From the NCBI GenBank assembly GCA_003427395.1, contig BFEA01000020.1, positions 3,051,886 to 3,115,490 on the forward strand: a stretch of 63,605 nucleotides of DNA. The letters are read 5' to 3'. Of this stretch, positions 51,126 through 63,605 are shown in pieces (the first letter of the stretch is position 1; each line of letters opens with the position of its first letter). This stretch comes from Chara braunii. Lineage: Eukaryota; Plantae; Charophyceae. The notes under the pieces were generated by a model. It saw only the letters and a program-made list of their open reading frames with translations. It was not told where the DNA came from and did no database searches. A program made the translations under genes and the position numbers.

Positions 51126-52540
51126 TCTCACATCCTTCACAAAAACATACTGCACTTCCTCCCCTTATACTCGACTCTATTACTCACTCATGGGCAGACC
51201 GCACAAGTATACCGAAGAACAGACAATTCACATTCATTCACTTTTACAACATACAAAACTCACGAGATGTTTCTTATACATCTTTTACACAAAGCCATCA
51301 TATATCAACATAAAACCACACATGTGAGAGTGATGAAGATCGTCATATACATGAAATAGTAGTCAGGTAAAACCTCAATTTAATATACTCTCAGGGATGA
51401 GATATCTCATCCAAAACACAATAATAGCCAGACCCGTAACTCACTCAGATCAAAAGACGATCACTCCAAATATAGTACAAAAGTAGTCATACTGTCAAAA
51501 ATACCTAAAAAATAAGAGTTTAATCTATCTCTCAAGGGTCAAAGGAAAGGTAGCCTCACTATACATATATCCCATGACTGAATCTCGATTCTCATGTCAC
51601 TAGAAAAAATCCTCAGTTGCAATCATACTTTGAAATTCCCTATCTGTATAACTAAACAATGTAAGCACAAAAGTTTAAAAAACAAAAACAAAGACAGAAG
51701 TAAAGACAAATATCTAACTCTAAGTACATGCTCTCAATTTAATCTGGAAAGGCGATAACACTGATAATACATAGGCGAACTAGTCCCTACTTACTCATCT
51801 CCTCCTGGTTTTGCCTATACAACTAAGCTCTGTCTCACATCCTTCACAAAAACAGACTCCACTTCCTCCCCTTATACTCGGCTCTATTACCCACTAATGG
51901 GCAGACCGCACGAGTATACCGAAGAGCAGACAGTTCACATTCATTCACTTTTACAACATACAAAACTCACAAGATATTTCTCATACATCTTTTACACAAA
52001 ACCATCATACATCAACATAAAACCACACATGTGAGAGTGATGACGATTGTCATATACATGGAATAGTAGTCATGTAAAACCTCAATTTAATATACACTCA
52101 GGAATGAGATATCTCATCCAAAACACAATAATAGCTAGAGCCGTAACTCACTTAGATCAAAAGACGATCACTCCAAATATAGTACAAAAGTAGCCATACT
52201 GTTAAAAATACCTAAAAAATAAGAGTTTAATCTATCTCTCAAGGGTCAAAGGAAAGGTAGCCTCACTATACATATATCCCATGACTGAAACTCGATTCTC
52301 ATGTCACTAGAAAAAATCCTCAGTTGCAATCATACATTGTAATTCCCTATCTGTATAATTAAACAATGTAAGCACAAAAAGTCTAAAAGACAAAAACAAA
52401 GACAGAAGTAAAGACAAAGATCTAACTCCTAAGTACACATTCTCAATTTAATCTGGAAAGGCAATAACACTTATAATACATAGGCGAACCAGTCCCTACT
52501 CACTGATCTCCTCCTGGTTTTGCCTATACAACTAAGCTTT
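51126..52540 (+). repeat. ~707-bp direct tandem duplication
   Basis: Units start tctcacatccttcacaaaaaca at 51126 and 51833 and end ttttgcctatacaactaagct; they differ by scattered substitutions. Confidence 0.93.
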
Positions 52541-53600
52541 GCCTCCATCGGCAGACTGCTCTGCTACTTTACGCCGCCTATCATACATCCTTCCTCCAGT
52601 CTCGGTGACCTTTCCTGCTATCTTGTGCTTGAGGAACTTAGGGCACTCGAGAGCCCACTGCACACCATCCTTGCAAAAGAAGCAGAGCTGATAAACCTTC
52701 CTCTTCAACTTCTTCCACCTTGGCTGTGGTGGGTGCGATGAGGGAGGTCCCACTATCTTACTAACAACCTCCTGCTGCTCTGCTCCCGGGGCCTGGCCCC
52801 CAGAACTAGATCCAGTGGCCCAAGATCCCAATTTACTCCTCAGCTCGCCCATCTCTGAGACGTACTCAGGGGTATCCAACCTCTCCGGTCTGCCTTCAGG
52901 TACTTCCTCTTCCCTAGCTACCGACACCTCCTCATGAAAAAGCTTCACTCTCTGCTCGGGCGTTGGTGTGCTCCTTCCCTCCTGCATAGTATCAACTGCC
53001 TCTAAGAGCACATCCATAGACCCCTCGTCTGAATATTGAACATGCTCGCTACTAGTCGTCCACAGTCCTCCTTCAACTGGCGTTGGCATAGCCGTTGCCA
53101 TGGCCCCCGAAGATATTATAGACAAAGTGGCGAACTCAGTAGGTGCTTTGAACTGAAAGGCATCTCTCTCTGCCTCCCTCTTCGCCTTTGCTTCCTTTGG
53201 CTTCAGGATAACCTTCCCCATAGGCGGTCCCTGGGAAGACCCTGTCGTAGAGGGCTATCCAAATAGGTCCTGCACCGACTCCCCCTAAATGTCGTAGCGA
53301 CTGCACTCCGTCCAGCCCACCACTTTGGTGGGTGCCTCTCTGTCCATCCTAGTCGTCATATCCTGAAGTTGTCGCCTCATCTCCTGGATGGTAGCGGCCT
53401 GGCTGGCTGGTTGCGCCCTGAGCTCATGGATCTCCACCTCTGCTGCCTCCAAACGTACTCCATGACTCCCTTCCTTTATCTTCTTTCCGACCAGACCATC
53501 TTCCAACATCAGATACCTATCGAAATAAGTCTTGGCCAGAAAGCGGATCCTACGATCCAAGCTCTTTCCGCTGTCCGTGTGAATACCCTTACAAGGGTAT
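52540..53600 (-). pseudogene. LTR-retrotransposon gag-like fragment with degenerate zinc knuckle
   Basis: ORFs 53285-53560 and 52532-53221; CFFCKDGVQWALECPKF (CX2C...C) followed by GKVTETGGRMYDR. Confidence 0.6.
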
Positions 53601-56455
53601 CCGCCCTGTTTTTTTCAAACAACAGGAAATAAGTTTGGTTTAAAGTTTTAGGTATACCGCGAGAGGCGCTACTGTGTCTATAACTTACATTGGTCGGATG
53701 GTTGACTAGAGTAGAGGGAATGTGGGGGCGCAGGCTTGAGGCGCGCGTGATTTTATTTGTTGATGATTAAAGGGCCGACGTGATCGTCGACTTGATTTTG
53801 TTTGTTTCTGATTAAATGAGGATTAAAAGGATTATGCCTCTTGGTTGGTGCTTTTGCTTGTGACTTGTGCGTACGTACGGAGAACGACATCGACAACAAT
53901 CTAATTTTGAGGACGTTTCAGTAGAACTACGGGTCGCGCCGAGTCCGCTTATTTAGGTGTCCGTGAAAACTAGACTCGGACTTGGGCCTAACATTATTGG
54001 TTAACAGCATCGGACTTTCATCAACGGGATTTAGGGATGGAGATCAAGTGACAACGACGGAAGAGTGTCAGAATAGCGCGGAGGGCCCGATGGGGCTATC
54101 TTCCTTGATTTCGCCGTCGGCGTGATCGGGGCGGTATTAGCAGGTCCTTTTTGTTTCGTCCGTCGCTTCCCGACGATTAAAATTTTCTAAATAAATTCTT
54201 ATTTAACGTCGTATTATTAGTATTTTTATGCTTCGGCGTCCCTTTTGTCTTGGACGTGACGCCGGATTAAGTGGCCATCACGGGAGTCGAGAACCTTGAG
54301 TGCGCGAACCCGTTCGGATTTCCTCGTGGTCAGGATGCTAGTGATGGTCCTTAGCCCCACGACCTTAAGACGCGAGGCCGAGAGAGTCAACGTGCATGTA
54401 GGCCGATGGGTGAATAACCCTACAAACCAGGAGACAACTTGGGTGGCGGGCCCCCCTTCGAAGTTTACCGCACGCCACGAACGACCTTTTGTGAAAGGTT
54501 TTTGGTGTAGGCATGCCCGTGCGACTCAGGGATGAGTGGGTAGATGCCTGAGCAGGCGGAGGCCAGGAGCGGGGATGGCCAGCGTAAATCGGTTGTCGGG
54601 CTTGGGTATCGGATCTGGATAGTTTCAGGTCGGTTCTTTACAACCAATATAGCATTACGGGGGATCCCTTAGCAGTCACAGTTGTCCCCAAGCCTCTAAC
54701 GAGGGAGTATGCGGGAGTTGTGGCCACCAGTAGGTGGGCAGTACCGGGTAGGGATCAACCAGTAGCATCTGGGCCGAGCTTCTTCAGCTAACTATAGCAG
54801 ATCCGCTACAGTCGGCGACAACAAAGAACTGCACGATGATATCAAAGGGGCAGAGGGGAGACCGGTTGTAGTGCGACCAGGCGCTTGGACCGTGGGGCGA
54901 GGCGAGACAGCAGCGGAAGGGGCAATAGCGCAGGAGGGCCGATGGGCGGATCACTGTGGAGCAGCTGTCGGACGGGCGCTGAGACAGACACAGAGAGGCA
55001 GCGGGGGAGACCAGCAACGGGCAGAGCTAGGCAGCAGCGGGGGAGATAAGCAGGAAGGAGGACGGGTGAAACAGAGGTCGGGCAGGCAACAGGAAACAAG
55101 AGTACCTGGGCGCCTTTGTGCGCCAGGTGCATTCACAGGCAAGGGAATCAGAGGCAACAGAAGGGAAACGAACCTAGCGCGAATTCACGCCTGGTGAATT
55201 CAAAGTTTGAGAGACAACGAAGGAGTTATGGCGGAGCTGAAGACTAGGTAGCTAGCCCGTTTTTTAATAAAAACGGGCGTGCGAAAGTGATAGTCAGGGG
55301 TTTACGGACCGGGGGAGCGTAGTGGTCGTGTCAATTTTTGGAGTGGAGTAGTGTAGGGGGAGTTAGATAGAGGAGTAGTGTGCTAAGCTATGGTGGAAGG
55401 GAAAAACGAGAGTGAGAGGGACGAGATTTGCATGACTCGCTCGTTTCTCAATGAAAATGAGCGAGCGAAGGTGGGGTTCTGGGGTTATTAGGTGAGGCGA
55501 ACTCGTTTGTGAAGTTAGTTTTGAGAGAGAGTTAGAGAAACTAGAAGTTAGTAGGAAAGACAAGTCGTGCGGAGGAATGAAGAAGACAGATATGACGAGT
55601 TAAAAGCCACGTGGTTGGCTCGATCCTTGACGGAGTCAAGATCAGTTTCGGGGGTTTTAGGATAGGGCGAGCATGATTGTGAAGTCAGATTAGGGAGAGA
55701 GTCACTGGAATTGGAGTTAGTAGGAAGTAGAGGTGCGCGAAATGAGGAGTTGGTGAAAGTTGGAGATAAGGATTTCAATCGATCTGCGATGAAATAAAAC
55801 GAGATAAAAACCTAAACTAAGGTTTTGAGAAGTAGCGAGCACGTTGATGAAGGTAGATCGGAGACAGGAGTAGTGGATTTGACAAGGCAAGTTATGGGAG
55901 CTGCGTCCGAGGGAATAACTTGTTTTCTTTTTTCTTTTGTGTGTGAAAATATGATGTATTTTCCCACGTTTTAAGGAAATAATTGAAATGGGCGCAGGAT
56001 TATAACGCTGCTCGCCATCACGACCCCAACGGTCCTCATCGAAGAGACTCGACATACTGTAATTGATACAGCCTACCGCTAATCCGTCCATGAGACTCTA
56101 TCGCTCCCGCTTGAGCACGCCTGGTCTCGAATGAACCAGATCACATTTACGACAGCGTACATTTGTATGCTAGAAACGATCAGAGAGAGATACAAAGTGC
56201 TTATCCGAGACAGACGATGCTGGAGGGGCTGAGCGGCGAAGCCACGACGCGAAGTCATCGGACATGTATCTGCCCGTATTTGAGCAGAAGATATATCCAC
56301 ACTTGCACGTTTGATTAGAAGGGGGGGGGGGGAAGGGGATCGAGTTTAGAGAAAAAAAAGACGAGAGAAGAACCTTGACAAGAGAACAGGAAGGAAGTAA
56401 GTACGTACCTTGAAAACCCAACAATGCGGGATGAACCGAACCTCGAACTATGGTG

Positions 56456-56704
56456 TCAAGTTGTGCCTAAGGTTGGAAGGCGGAACAGTGAGGCTGCAAG
56501 AGGGTCGGTGGGAGACTCAGCTGATTGCGTAAAGTTGTGTAAGTCCAACCTGGAGGAGGGTGCGGACCGAGACTTCGTAAGGAAGGTAGAACTGATGTCT
56601 GTTCGAGGTCCACTGCATAGCCAGCTAGCCACGCAGTTAGTAAGAAGAAGAGGAAAACGGTTGTGTCTTTGATCTGTTGCTATGTCCTTACTCCGTTGGT
56701 GCAA
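56456..56704 (-). pseudogene. Retrotransposon gag core remnant
   Basis: FPLLLTNCVASW...STFLTKSR...LHNFTQSAES fits the pattern FPxxLxxxAxxW...FLxKF...LxxxxQxxxES. Confidence 0.55.
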
Positions 56705-57834
56705 TTATCTCAACCAAGCGGAGTGATTACAGGGGAGCAACGGGGGTTTGAAAACTCGATTACTGGTTGATATGCCACTAATCTCAATAAGCGGGGTGGT
56801 GGGAAGCGAACTATAAAAGTGGCAGGTATGTCTACTGACCGGTATGTTGTTCATTCTACCATGCGAGGTAGCTTTACTCGAAGGTGTAAAGCCCAGTCGT
56901 TGACCGGACCTGCAGCACAGTTATGTCTGGTAGAGGGTGTGTCGTTCATCCCATCAGCCCGTGCAGTAGCAGACCAATCGTGAAATTGCAGACTTACCTT
57001 TGACTAGTATATTTCAGGCCTAAAATTGTGGACAGACTGAGATCGTTGAAGAGAGATTTTGCTGCGATTATTGGAGGTCGCCAGATAATCAACGGTAGGC
57101 AGTTTAACTCCATTTTGGCCGAGTTGCGGTATATTTTGGCCGTCATTGTGGGACCCTCAGCCGCATGAAGGTAGCAAGGCACTCTCTTGGGAGTTAAGTC
57201 AGTCTCCCTCCTGTATCTCGAGAGTCTCAAACCCCTCCTTCTGTCTTTCTTACTCTCAGTCTAGTCCTGTTACGAGAGGAATGCGGCAGGCGGGATTGCA
57301 ACCCGTAGGCCGCAGCAAGACTCTGTGGGGAGTCAACAACAGAAAAAATGCAGCTTCGGAATATTTAGAATTTTAGTACGATTTGTACCACATTCAGCTG
57401 TTCAAAATCAGGTTCTCTACACAATTTATGAGGGTATCCTGTTGAACACATGGGAAATCAAAGAAACCTTCCTTTTGAATACACTGGTCGTACGGGATAA
57501 TATCATTCCAGTGATGGACCAGTAGTTTGTAGTCAGTTGAAGTTATGTGGAAAATATGTATAAAAACAGCCGCTCCTGTTTAAAAATTGTTGAAAGTCTG
57601 TTTACAAACAGTTTACCAACAACGTTTAAAAAATGTAAAAAAAAATTTATTCATCCGCTACAAAAAGTCATTTCTCTTTATTACAACAAACAGGCACAAT
57701 ATTGTACTGAGAAGACTCCGTTTTGGTTGCTGCCTACTTTCGTAAATTTAGCGGTGAAAAAAATGAATTACATTGTAATTTGTACTCTACGTATGTTATG
57801 GCATGTGTGGGTTTCCCCGTGCCCAAGGAACAAA

Positions 57835-57954
57835 GATGATACAGGGGTGATGTCATCGCCAAGTATGCGCCAACATACTTTAAAAAATTAGACAGGGATG
57901 ATACAGGGGTGATGTCATCGCCAAGTGTGCGCCAACATACTTTAAAAAATTAGA
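57835..57954 (+). repeat. 62-bp-period tandem duplication
   Basis: gatgatacaggggtgatgtcatcgccaagt(a/g)tgcgccaacatactttaaaaaattaga twice. Confidence 0.9.
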
Positions 57955-58547
57955 TTGTCAAAGCAACACATGCCTCTCACCGATTCTGATAATAATGTTC
58001 CGCAGCTACATCACGTAAACTATTTTTGTCTTCAATGCTACGTTGGTCGGCAGATGCGTATTCATTTTCAATATTATTGCAATATTTTGTACGATATTAC
58101 AATACACCTACCGACTACGACGTATTAAAGGAGTATACATTGCGAACGGACATGCAGTGTCCGTAGAATATAAGATGATTACTCAGAATCCTTCGTGCAC
58201 TGTTTCACATTCCTTTACTCGTAATTTTATCTTTAAATCAATAAATTAAGGTGCGATTGTTGTCCGGTGCATTTAATCAAAGTTTTTTGTCTTTTGCAAT
58301 ACATTGTAATTCACAGACACATTTTACCACAAAGAACAAGGAAGCGGTTGTCAGAGGGTCACATGCATTGTCACATGTTACTCGTACGTGTTCAACATGC
58401 AGTGCCATATGTTGAAAAGAGTTGCAAACATCATATTCTCTCAATTTGTGTCATCTTTTTAAAGTCTATGTGTATCCAATGTTTTTGAGTATGTGTGAAT
58501 ATGAGTGTTTGTGTGTGTGTCTGTATATTTGTTGGAAAGGGGCAAAC

Positions 58548-58639
<92 letters not shown>

Positions 58640-59149
58640 CACCCCTTTGTAAAACGAACAATATAATTCGTAGATGTCAGGTGCAGCGAACGACATCATG
58701 ATGTGTATACGAAACCAACACAAAAAAGATGCACGAGGAGGAGCAAAGTACACTTACAATGTCGATTGTAATGTACAGTTTCATTCTGGCAACAAAATCA
58801 AGATATAATTGCACTACGATTATCGTTCTGGTGAGGGCGGTCTATTTTGAGCACTCCCTATAACGGACACTGGTCATAACATATTCTCTACAAAAAATAT
58901 ATATATAAATTGTTCTTCAATATGTTATTGACAAAACGACAACATTTTGTACAACTACATTCTTGAACAACATGTCGCATGTTATCGCAGAGTTGTCTCC
59001 CTTCCTTTCTTGCACAACATCATTTTATATATAATGTACATAAAGTATCTATGAAGTGGAGTGAAGAATGACAATGCCTCAACAACTGAATGCAAAAGTA
59101 GACCAATGAAGGGGGTTTCAAACTGTATTTCCCACTTTTTGCTTTTCTC

Positions 59150-59250
<101 letters not shown>

Positions 59251-59251
59251 N

Positions 59252-59358
<107 letters not shown>

Positions 59359-59368
59359 TTATTTGTCT

Positions 59369-61457
59369 TCACATGCTCTCTTGCACTGTTGATGAAGTAG
59401 CCTTGTGTTGAAACGTGTAGTCTTCATCCGTGAACAATTTGGCACGAACGTCACCGTGTTGTACAGCCGGCAACCCTGCCTGGAACAAGATGAGTGCTTT
59501 ATCAGCCATAGTCGTAGAGCGATCAAGGCTGAAGATGTTGAAGTTCACACATGTGTCTCGTGCCTCGACAAATGCAATAATTTCTCTTTTAATCTCTGCC
59601 AACTTCGAGATTTTTTCGTCTTGTTGAGTTTTCTTTGCGCATTGCAAAACCTCATTTTTTATTACCATCTCTACAAATGCAAGTTGTTGTAATGACACAC
59701 CAGTCCCTTGGCCTTTCCTCGTGTGAAAGAACACCCTCGCCAAGCAGAGTTCGAACGTCGGATCACCCCATGACTCGTTTCCCTTCCGCCTCTATGTTTT
59801 TTTCTTGATCCACGAGGACCTGCCACATGTCGCGCTCCTCCACATACCTTGTTAACCCTACGGATGCCCATTGTCCTATATGTTCTGCCATTATTGTTAA
59901 TGACTTGAAAAATTGGTCCTCCATCGGGTAGAATGTGGAGTCTCAAGAAGACATATATCTGTATGCCTTTGCAATTGACCGAAACATCCTGTCTTTAATT
60001 TTTTTGGTCATATCTGTGAGTTGTAGCTCTTCTGCAACATTGCTCGTCCTCTTTGTGATACTATTCAAAATATGTGCCGGTCTTTTGCTCTCCACTTTTT
60101 CTGCATTCACTGAAACATGTAAAGGAATAATAAACATCAGAATTACAAAACCTTGATGAGAACATGAAAGGAGGAGGAATGTACTTTTTCTTTTGCAGCG
60201 TATGACTTTGCCGGCGGAATTGAGATGCAAAGGAAATACATCAATTTCGACGCTGCTCATGCCTTCGAAGCTGTGCAAAGGTTCGTCGTTTCGTGGCAGT
60301 TCTCGCTATCCTGCTCATTTGCATCATTCATTTATTCTCCGCAGTCTTGCTTTCCATCTCCTGCAGATCCGTCTTCCTCATTGTCATATTCTCGACCGTC
60401 CTTCGAACTTGCTTGTGATTCCGACTTTGAATGTGTGTTTTCTGAACGATCTTCTTTTTTATCCGTATTTTTCTCCACCTGCTCCGACTCAGGAAATTCA
60501 TCGTGTTCTTCTCGACCGAACTGATTGTAGTATTTTTTCGTTTTCCCCTTTCTCACACTGCTGTTCTCATGTATTGCAAACCTGTTTCTCGCTGAACCTA
60601 TGTTAGTTGCTCTTGTGGTCTTCTTTTCCACACGTCTCCCTCCTTTTTTTCTCCCTTGGCTTGTTTTCTCCCTGCCTTGCGCGATTTCAACTTTGTGTGG
60701 GTAGCCAATGATCTCATCGTCATTCTCACTATTCCGTGCAATCTTTTCGCCTTCCGTGGTGCGCTTGGCATCACTGTTCCCTCCTCTGGCCGACTTATAT
60801 TCCGTCTCGGCGTTGAAGACGTCCCGTCGATCTTTTCTCTACCTTTGGTTGTCGACTTTTTCTCCCTCGATTGGTGGTGAAGATCAGTCTTTGTGCTTTT
60901 CACAACTTCCCTGGCACCATCTTCCCTCAAAGTGCTCATGCGTCTTGCTCCTCTTGTCTGACGCACATTGTGTTCTTCAATGAATTGAACAGAGTTGCTT
61001 CATGGCTGACCTCTCTTTCTGCAGATGTCGTCGTATTTTACCCTCGTACCCATATCCACACAACCTACGATCCTTGGCTACGTAGGGACTAAATAGCGAT
61101 AGCGGATGATCTCTCCACTCTACATTGCAAACGAAGAAGTACAAACAAAGTGTGTCAGTCTCTCGTGCATGTTATTTCTAGTCTGTTGCGAACTTTTAGT
61201 GTGTAAACCACACTATGGCTAAGTATCATCACTTCGACCTTCAGTTCCATTAATGATTTGATAATATTGTCAATCTTCGCCTCCTCAATCCTGTTCTTTC
61301 TTGCGATATATCTCGCTGTGTATTCCATAATTTTCTGACGCTTTTGCTTTGTCCTATTGTCTTCATTTTTCAGTTTGTCAATCACGATCAATACCTCGTC
61401 CGTGCTTATTTCGTCAACAACTGATCGAGACCGGTGTGAGGGCTCAAGCTGTCCCAA
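59369..61457 (-). pseudogene. Fragmented coding-like region of unknown product (possibly TE-associated)
   Basis: Chain of co-oriented minus-strand ORFs (61155-61457, 60598-60966, 60332-60631, 59943-60278, 59369-59743) with charged, protein-like composition. No family recognised. Confidence 0.3.
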
Positions 61458-62024
61458 CTATGGTGGAGGGGGAGGAGGAAGAGGGGGAGGCAGAGATGGC
61501 TGCAGAGGCAGGGTGGGACTGGGGTGAGGACATGCAACCCATGGAAGAGACAAGCATGTAGATGACGCCAACCGAAGAAGGAGAGGAAGTTGGCATAGAT
61601 GCAGATGAGGGGGGTGGGGAGGGAGATGTACTGGTACGGGCTCTAACTGTGACACGCGGGCCGACAAGGATGAAAAGTCGGTATGGAGGGCCGTGATTTT
61701 GACCTCGAGTGTGGCCTGCATGTGGTGAAGGAGGTCCACTATGGGATCCGACTGGGAAGCTGGGCCCGAACTGGTTGCGATAGGGGTGACCATTGAGTCG
61801 AATGTAGGCTCGTGAGCTAGGAACGCAAGCCCTTCGCTGACAGAGCAGGAGGGGCTCACAAATTCGGTAGTCTGCATGAGGTCAAGGGATGAAGAAGATG
61901 AGGAGAGAGAACTGGGGGGGGGGGGGACGCTCAGTGGCCGTGGTCGGTGCGTCAAAGCGAGCGAGTCGGATTGCGGCACGAGCGTCTCGGGCGCGATTTT
62001 GGAGTGCTCGCTGATGGGTGTCAC
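61458..62024 (-). pseudogene. gag N-terminal-like fragment
   Basis: S/P/T-rich ORF containing QATLEVKITALHTDFSSLSARVSQLE, which parallels FQTNIRTSITKTETNISGLSNRVTSIE in the gag at 98-580. Confidence 0.45.
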
Positions 62025-63605
62025 GCGGAGCCAGGTTGGTACGCAGAAAGAGGAGTAAGGGGCTGCGAGGGGAAGGCGAGTATAAACGAGGTCTTACGAA
62101 CTTTGAAAATTAAATCAAGAGAATTCAAAATCGGAGTGAGGAAAAAAAAGAAAAATTTCCAATTCGCGGAAGAAGATGAGAGGAAATTTTCAAAGAATAG
62201 TGTGGGGTCTAGATGAGAGCATGCATAAGACAATCACGAATTCAAAATAAAATTCCGAAAATATTTGGACGTAATTTCATAATTTAGAAGAAATTGAAGT
62301 AAAATTCAAGGAACTTCAGAAACATTCGTAAAAATTTTCGAAAGTTCGGGGAGATGATGAAATATGTATAGATGAGTTGATAGGAAAATTTTGAAATAAA
62401 ATGGAAAATACCTCAACGTATTTTCGGACTTAAAAGAATTTCGAAGACAATTTGTAATAAGAATGGAAAACTAATTCCTAAATTAAGAATTTACGATGAA
62501 ATTTCATGAAGAATTAATGATAGCCAAGTACAGTAAGTTGGGAGAATTTCCAAAATTATATAGGTCAGATCAGGAAAAATTCTCCACGTGTTACAAGATT
62601 GAGGTGAATTTCAAAGAATTTTCAAAAGAATTTCCAAGGAATTACAAAAGAATTACAGAATTTCGTAATGTTACGGGGGAGGAAACAACGAAATTGATTT
62701 GACTTCAAAAGAATTAAATTTAGTAAATTTCGGAGTTTATTTCATGAATTTCTGAAATGGAATTGAATTTTGAAATTAAATAACAAAAAGAATCTGATAA
62801 AATAAAGAAATTCGCATAACTTTTGAATAGAAGTGCCGGAATTAATTATGTTCACGACGTTGGTGGAAAAGAAGATGAAGATTAATCCTGTGAAATTAGA
62901 TTGAAATTATGAACGACAGAATGAACGGCATTCGTAGGCAAGCACCAAGAAGGAAGATACGTGTCATACGTAGTAGAAATTTTGGATGATGCGACCAATT
63001 AGGTGGGAGGGTGGAGAAGAGAAGGGGGGTTGGAGAGGAGATAAAAGAAGAGGAAAAAGATAAGATCTTTGAGAGAGACCGGTGAGAGGAAGGGAGGGGA
63101 TTAGTAGGAGGGAGATAGATTGACAATACCGCGCTCCCGGTCGGTCGGGAGCAATCAAGGTCCTTCCTCGTAGTCGAGGAAGGTATTCAATGAACCCCTA
63201 AAGGGTCTTCTCGATCGTTCCCCCGTTGGAACGACGAGGTCGCCGGATTGAATGCGTGCACTGATGATGACGAGCCAATGCGATGATGGCGTAGGCAGTG
63301 GCGGCAGCAATGGCGAGGACGATGGCCATGCTGATGATGATGCTGATGCTGCTGATGATGATGATGATGGCCAGTCTGTCACAATTCGTATTCTTACTGG
63401 AAATCAAAATAAAATGAGCCTTTTTGCTCCAACGAGATTGCCGTTCTCCTTGGGCTCATCATAGGACACTTGCGGTATCTTCTAGTAGATGTGCCACTCC
63501 GCCAGGGTTCCGGCGTGCACGTGCGCCCAGGCGGGGGTAATCGGAGTCGGGTAGAGCGGAGATCAAGGAGGGGAGCGGCGGGGAGGGAGCGGAAAGGGAA
63601 GGGAG

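Overview
Eukaryotic, repeat-saturated draft-assembly sequence. The microsatellites, N-gaps and TE types suggest a streptophyte alga such as Chara; this is inference. No intact host gene was recognised. Main contents: (1) a decayed Ty3/Gypsy chromovirus at 1-5.2 kb; (2) two tRNA-derived SINEs, a LINE remnant and a TTAA-bounded MITE; (3) a 10-kb cluster (20.6-30.3 kb) of a Naiad/Chlamys-type Penelope-like retroelement with hammerhead-ribozyme cores, whose RT is followed by an ataxin-3-like Josephin deubiquitinase domain and two RING-like zinc fingers, a candidate retroelement-borne ubiquitin-editing module; (4) an AT-rich non-coding block (46.5-48.6 kb) with nine conserved-loop hairpins with covarying stems, separated by unique spacers and split by a ~520-nt foldback; (5) further LTR/gag remnants and tandem duplications; (6) two Nextera mate-pair junction adapters that mark assembly artefacts.
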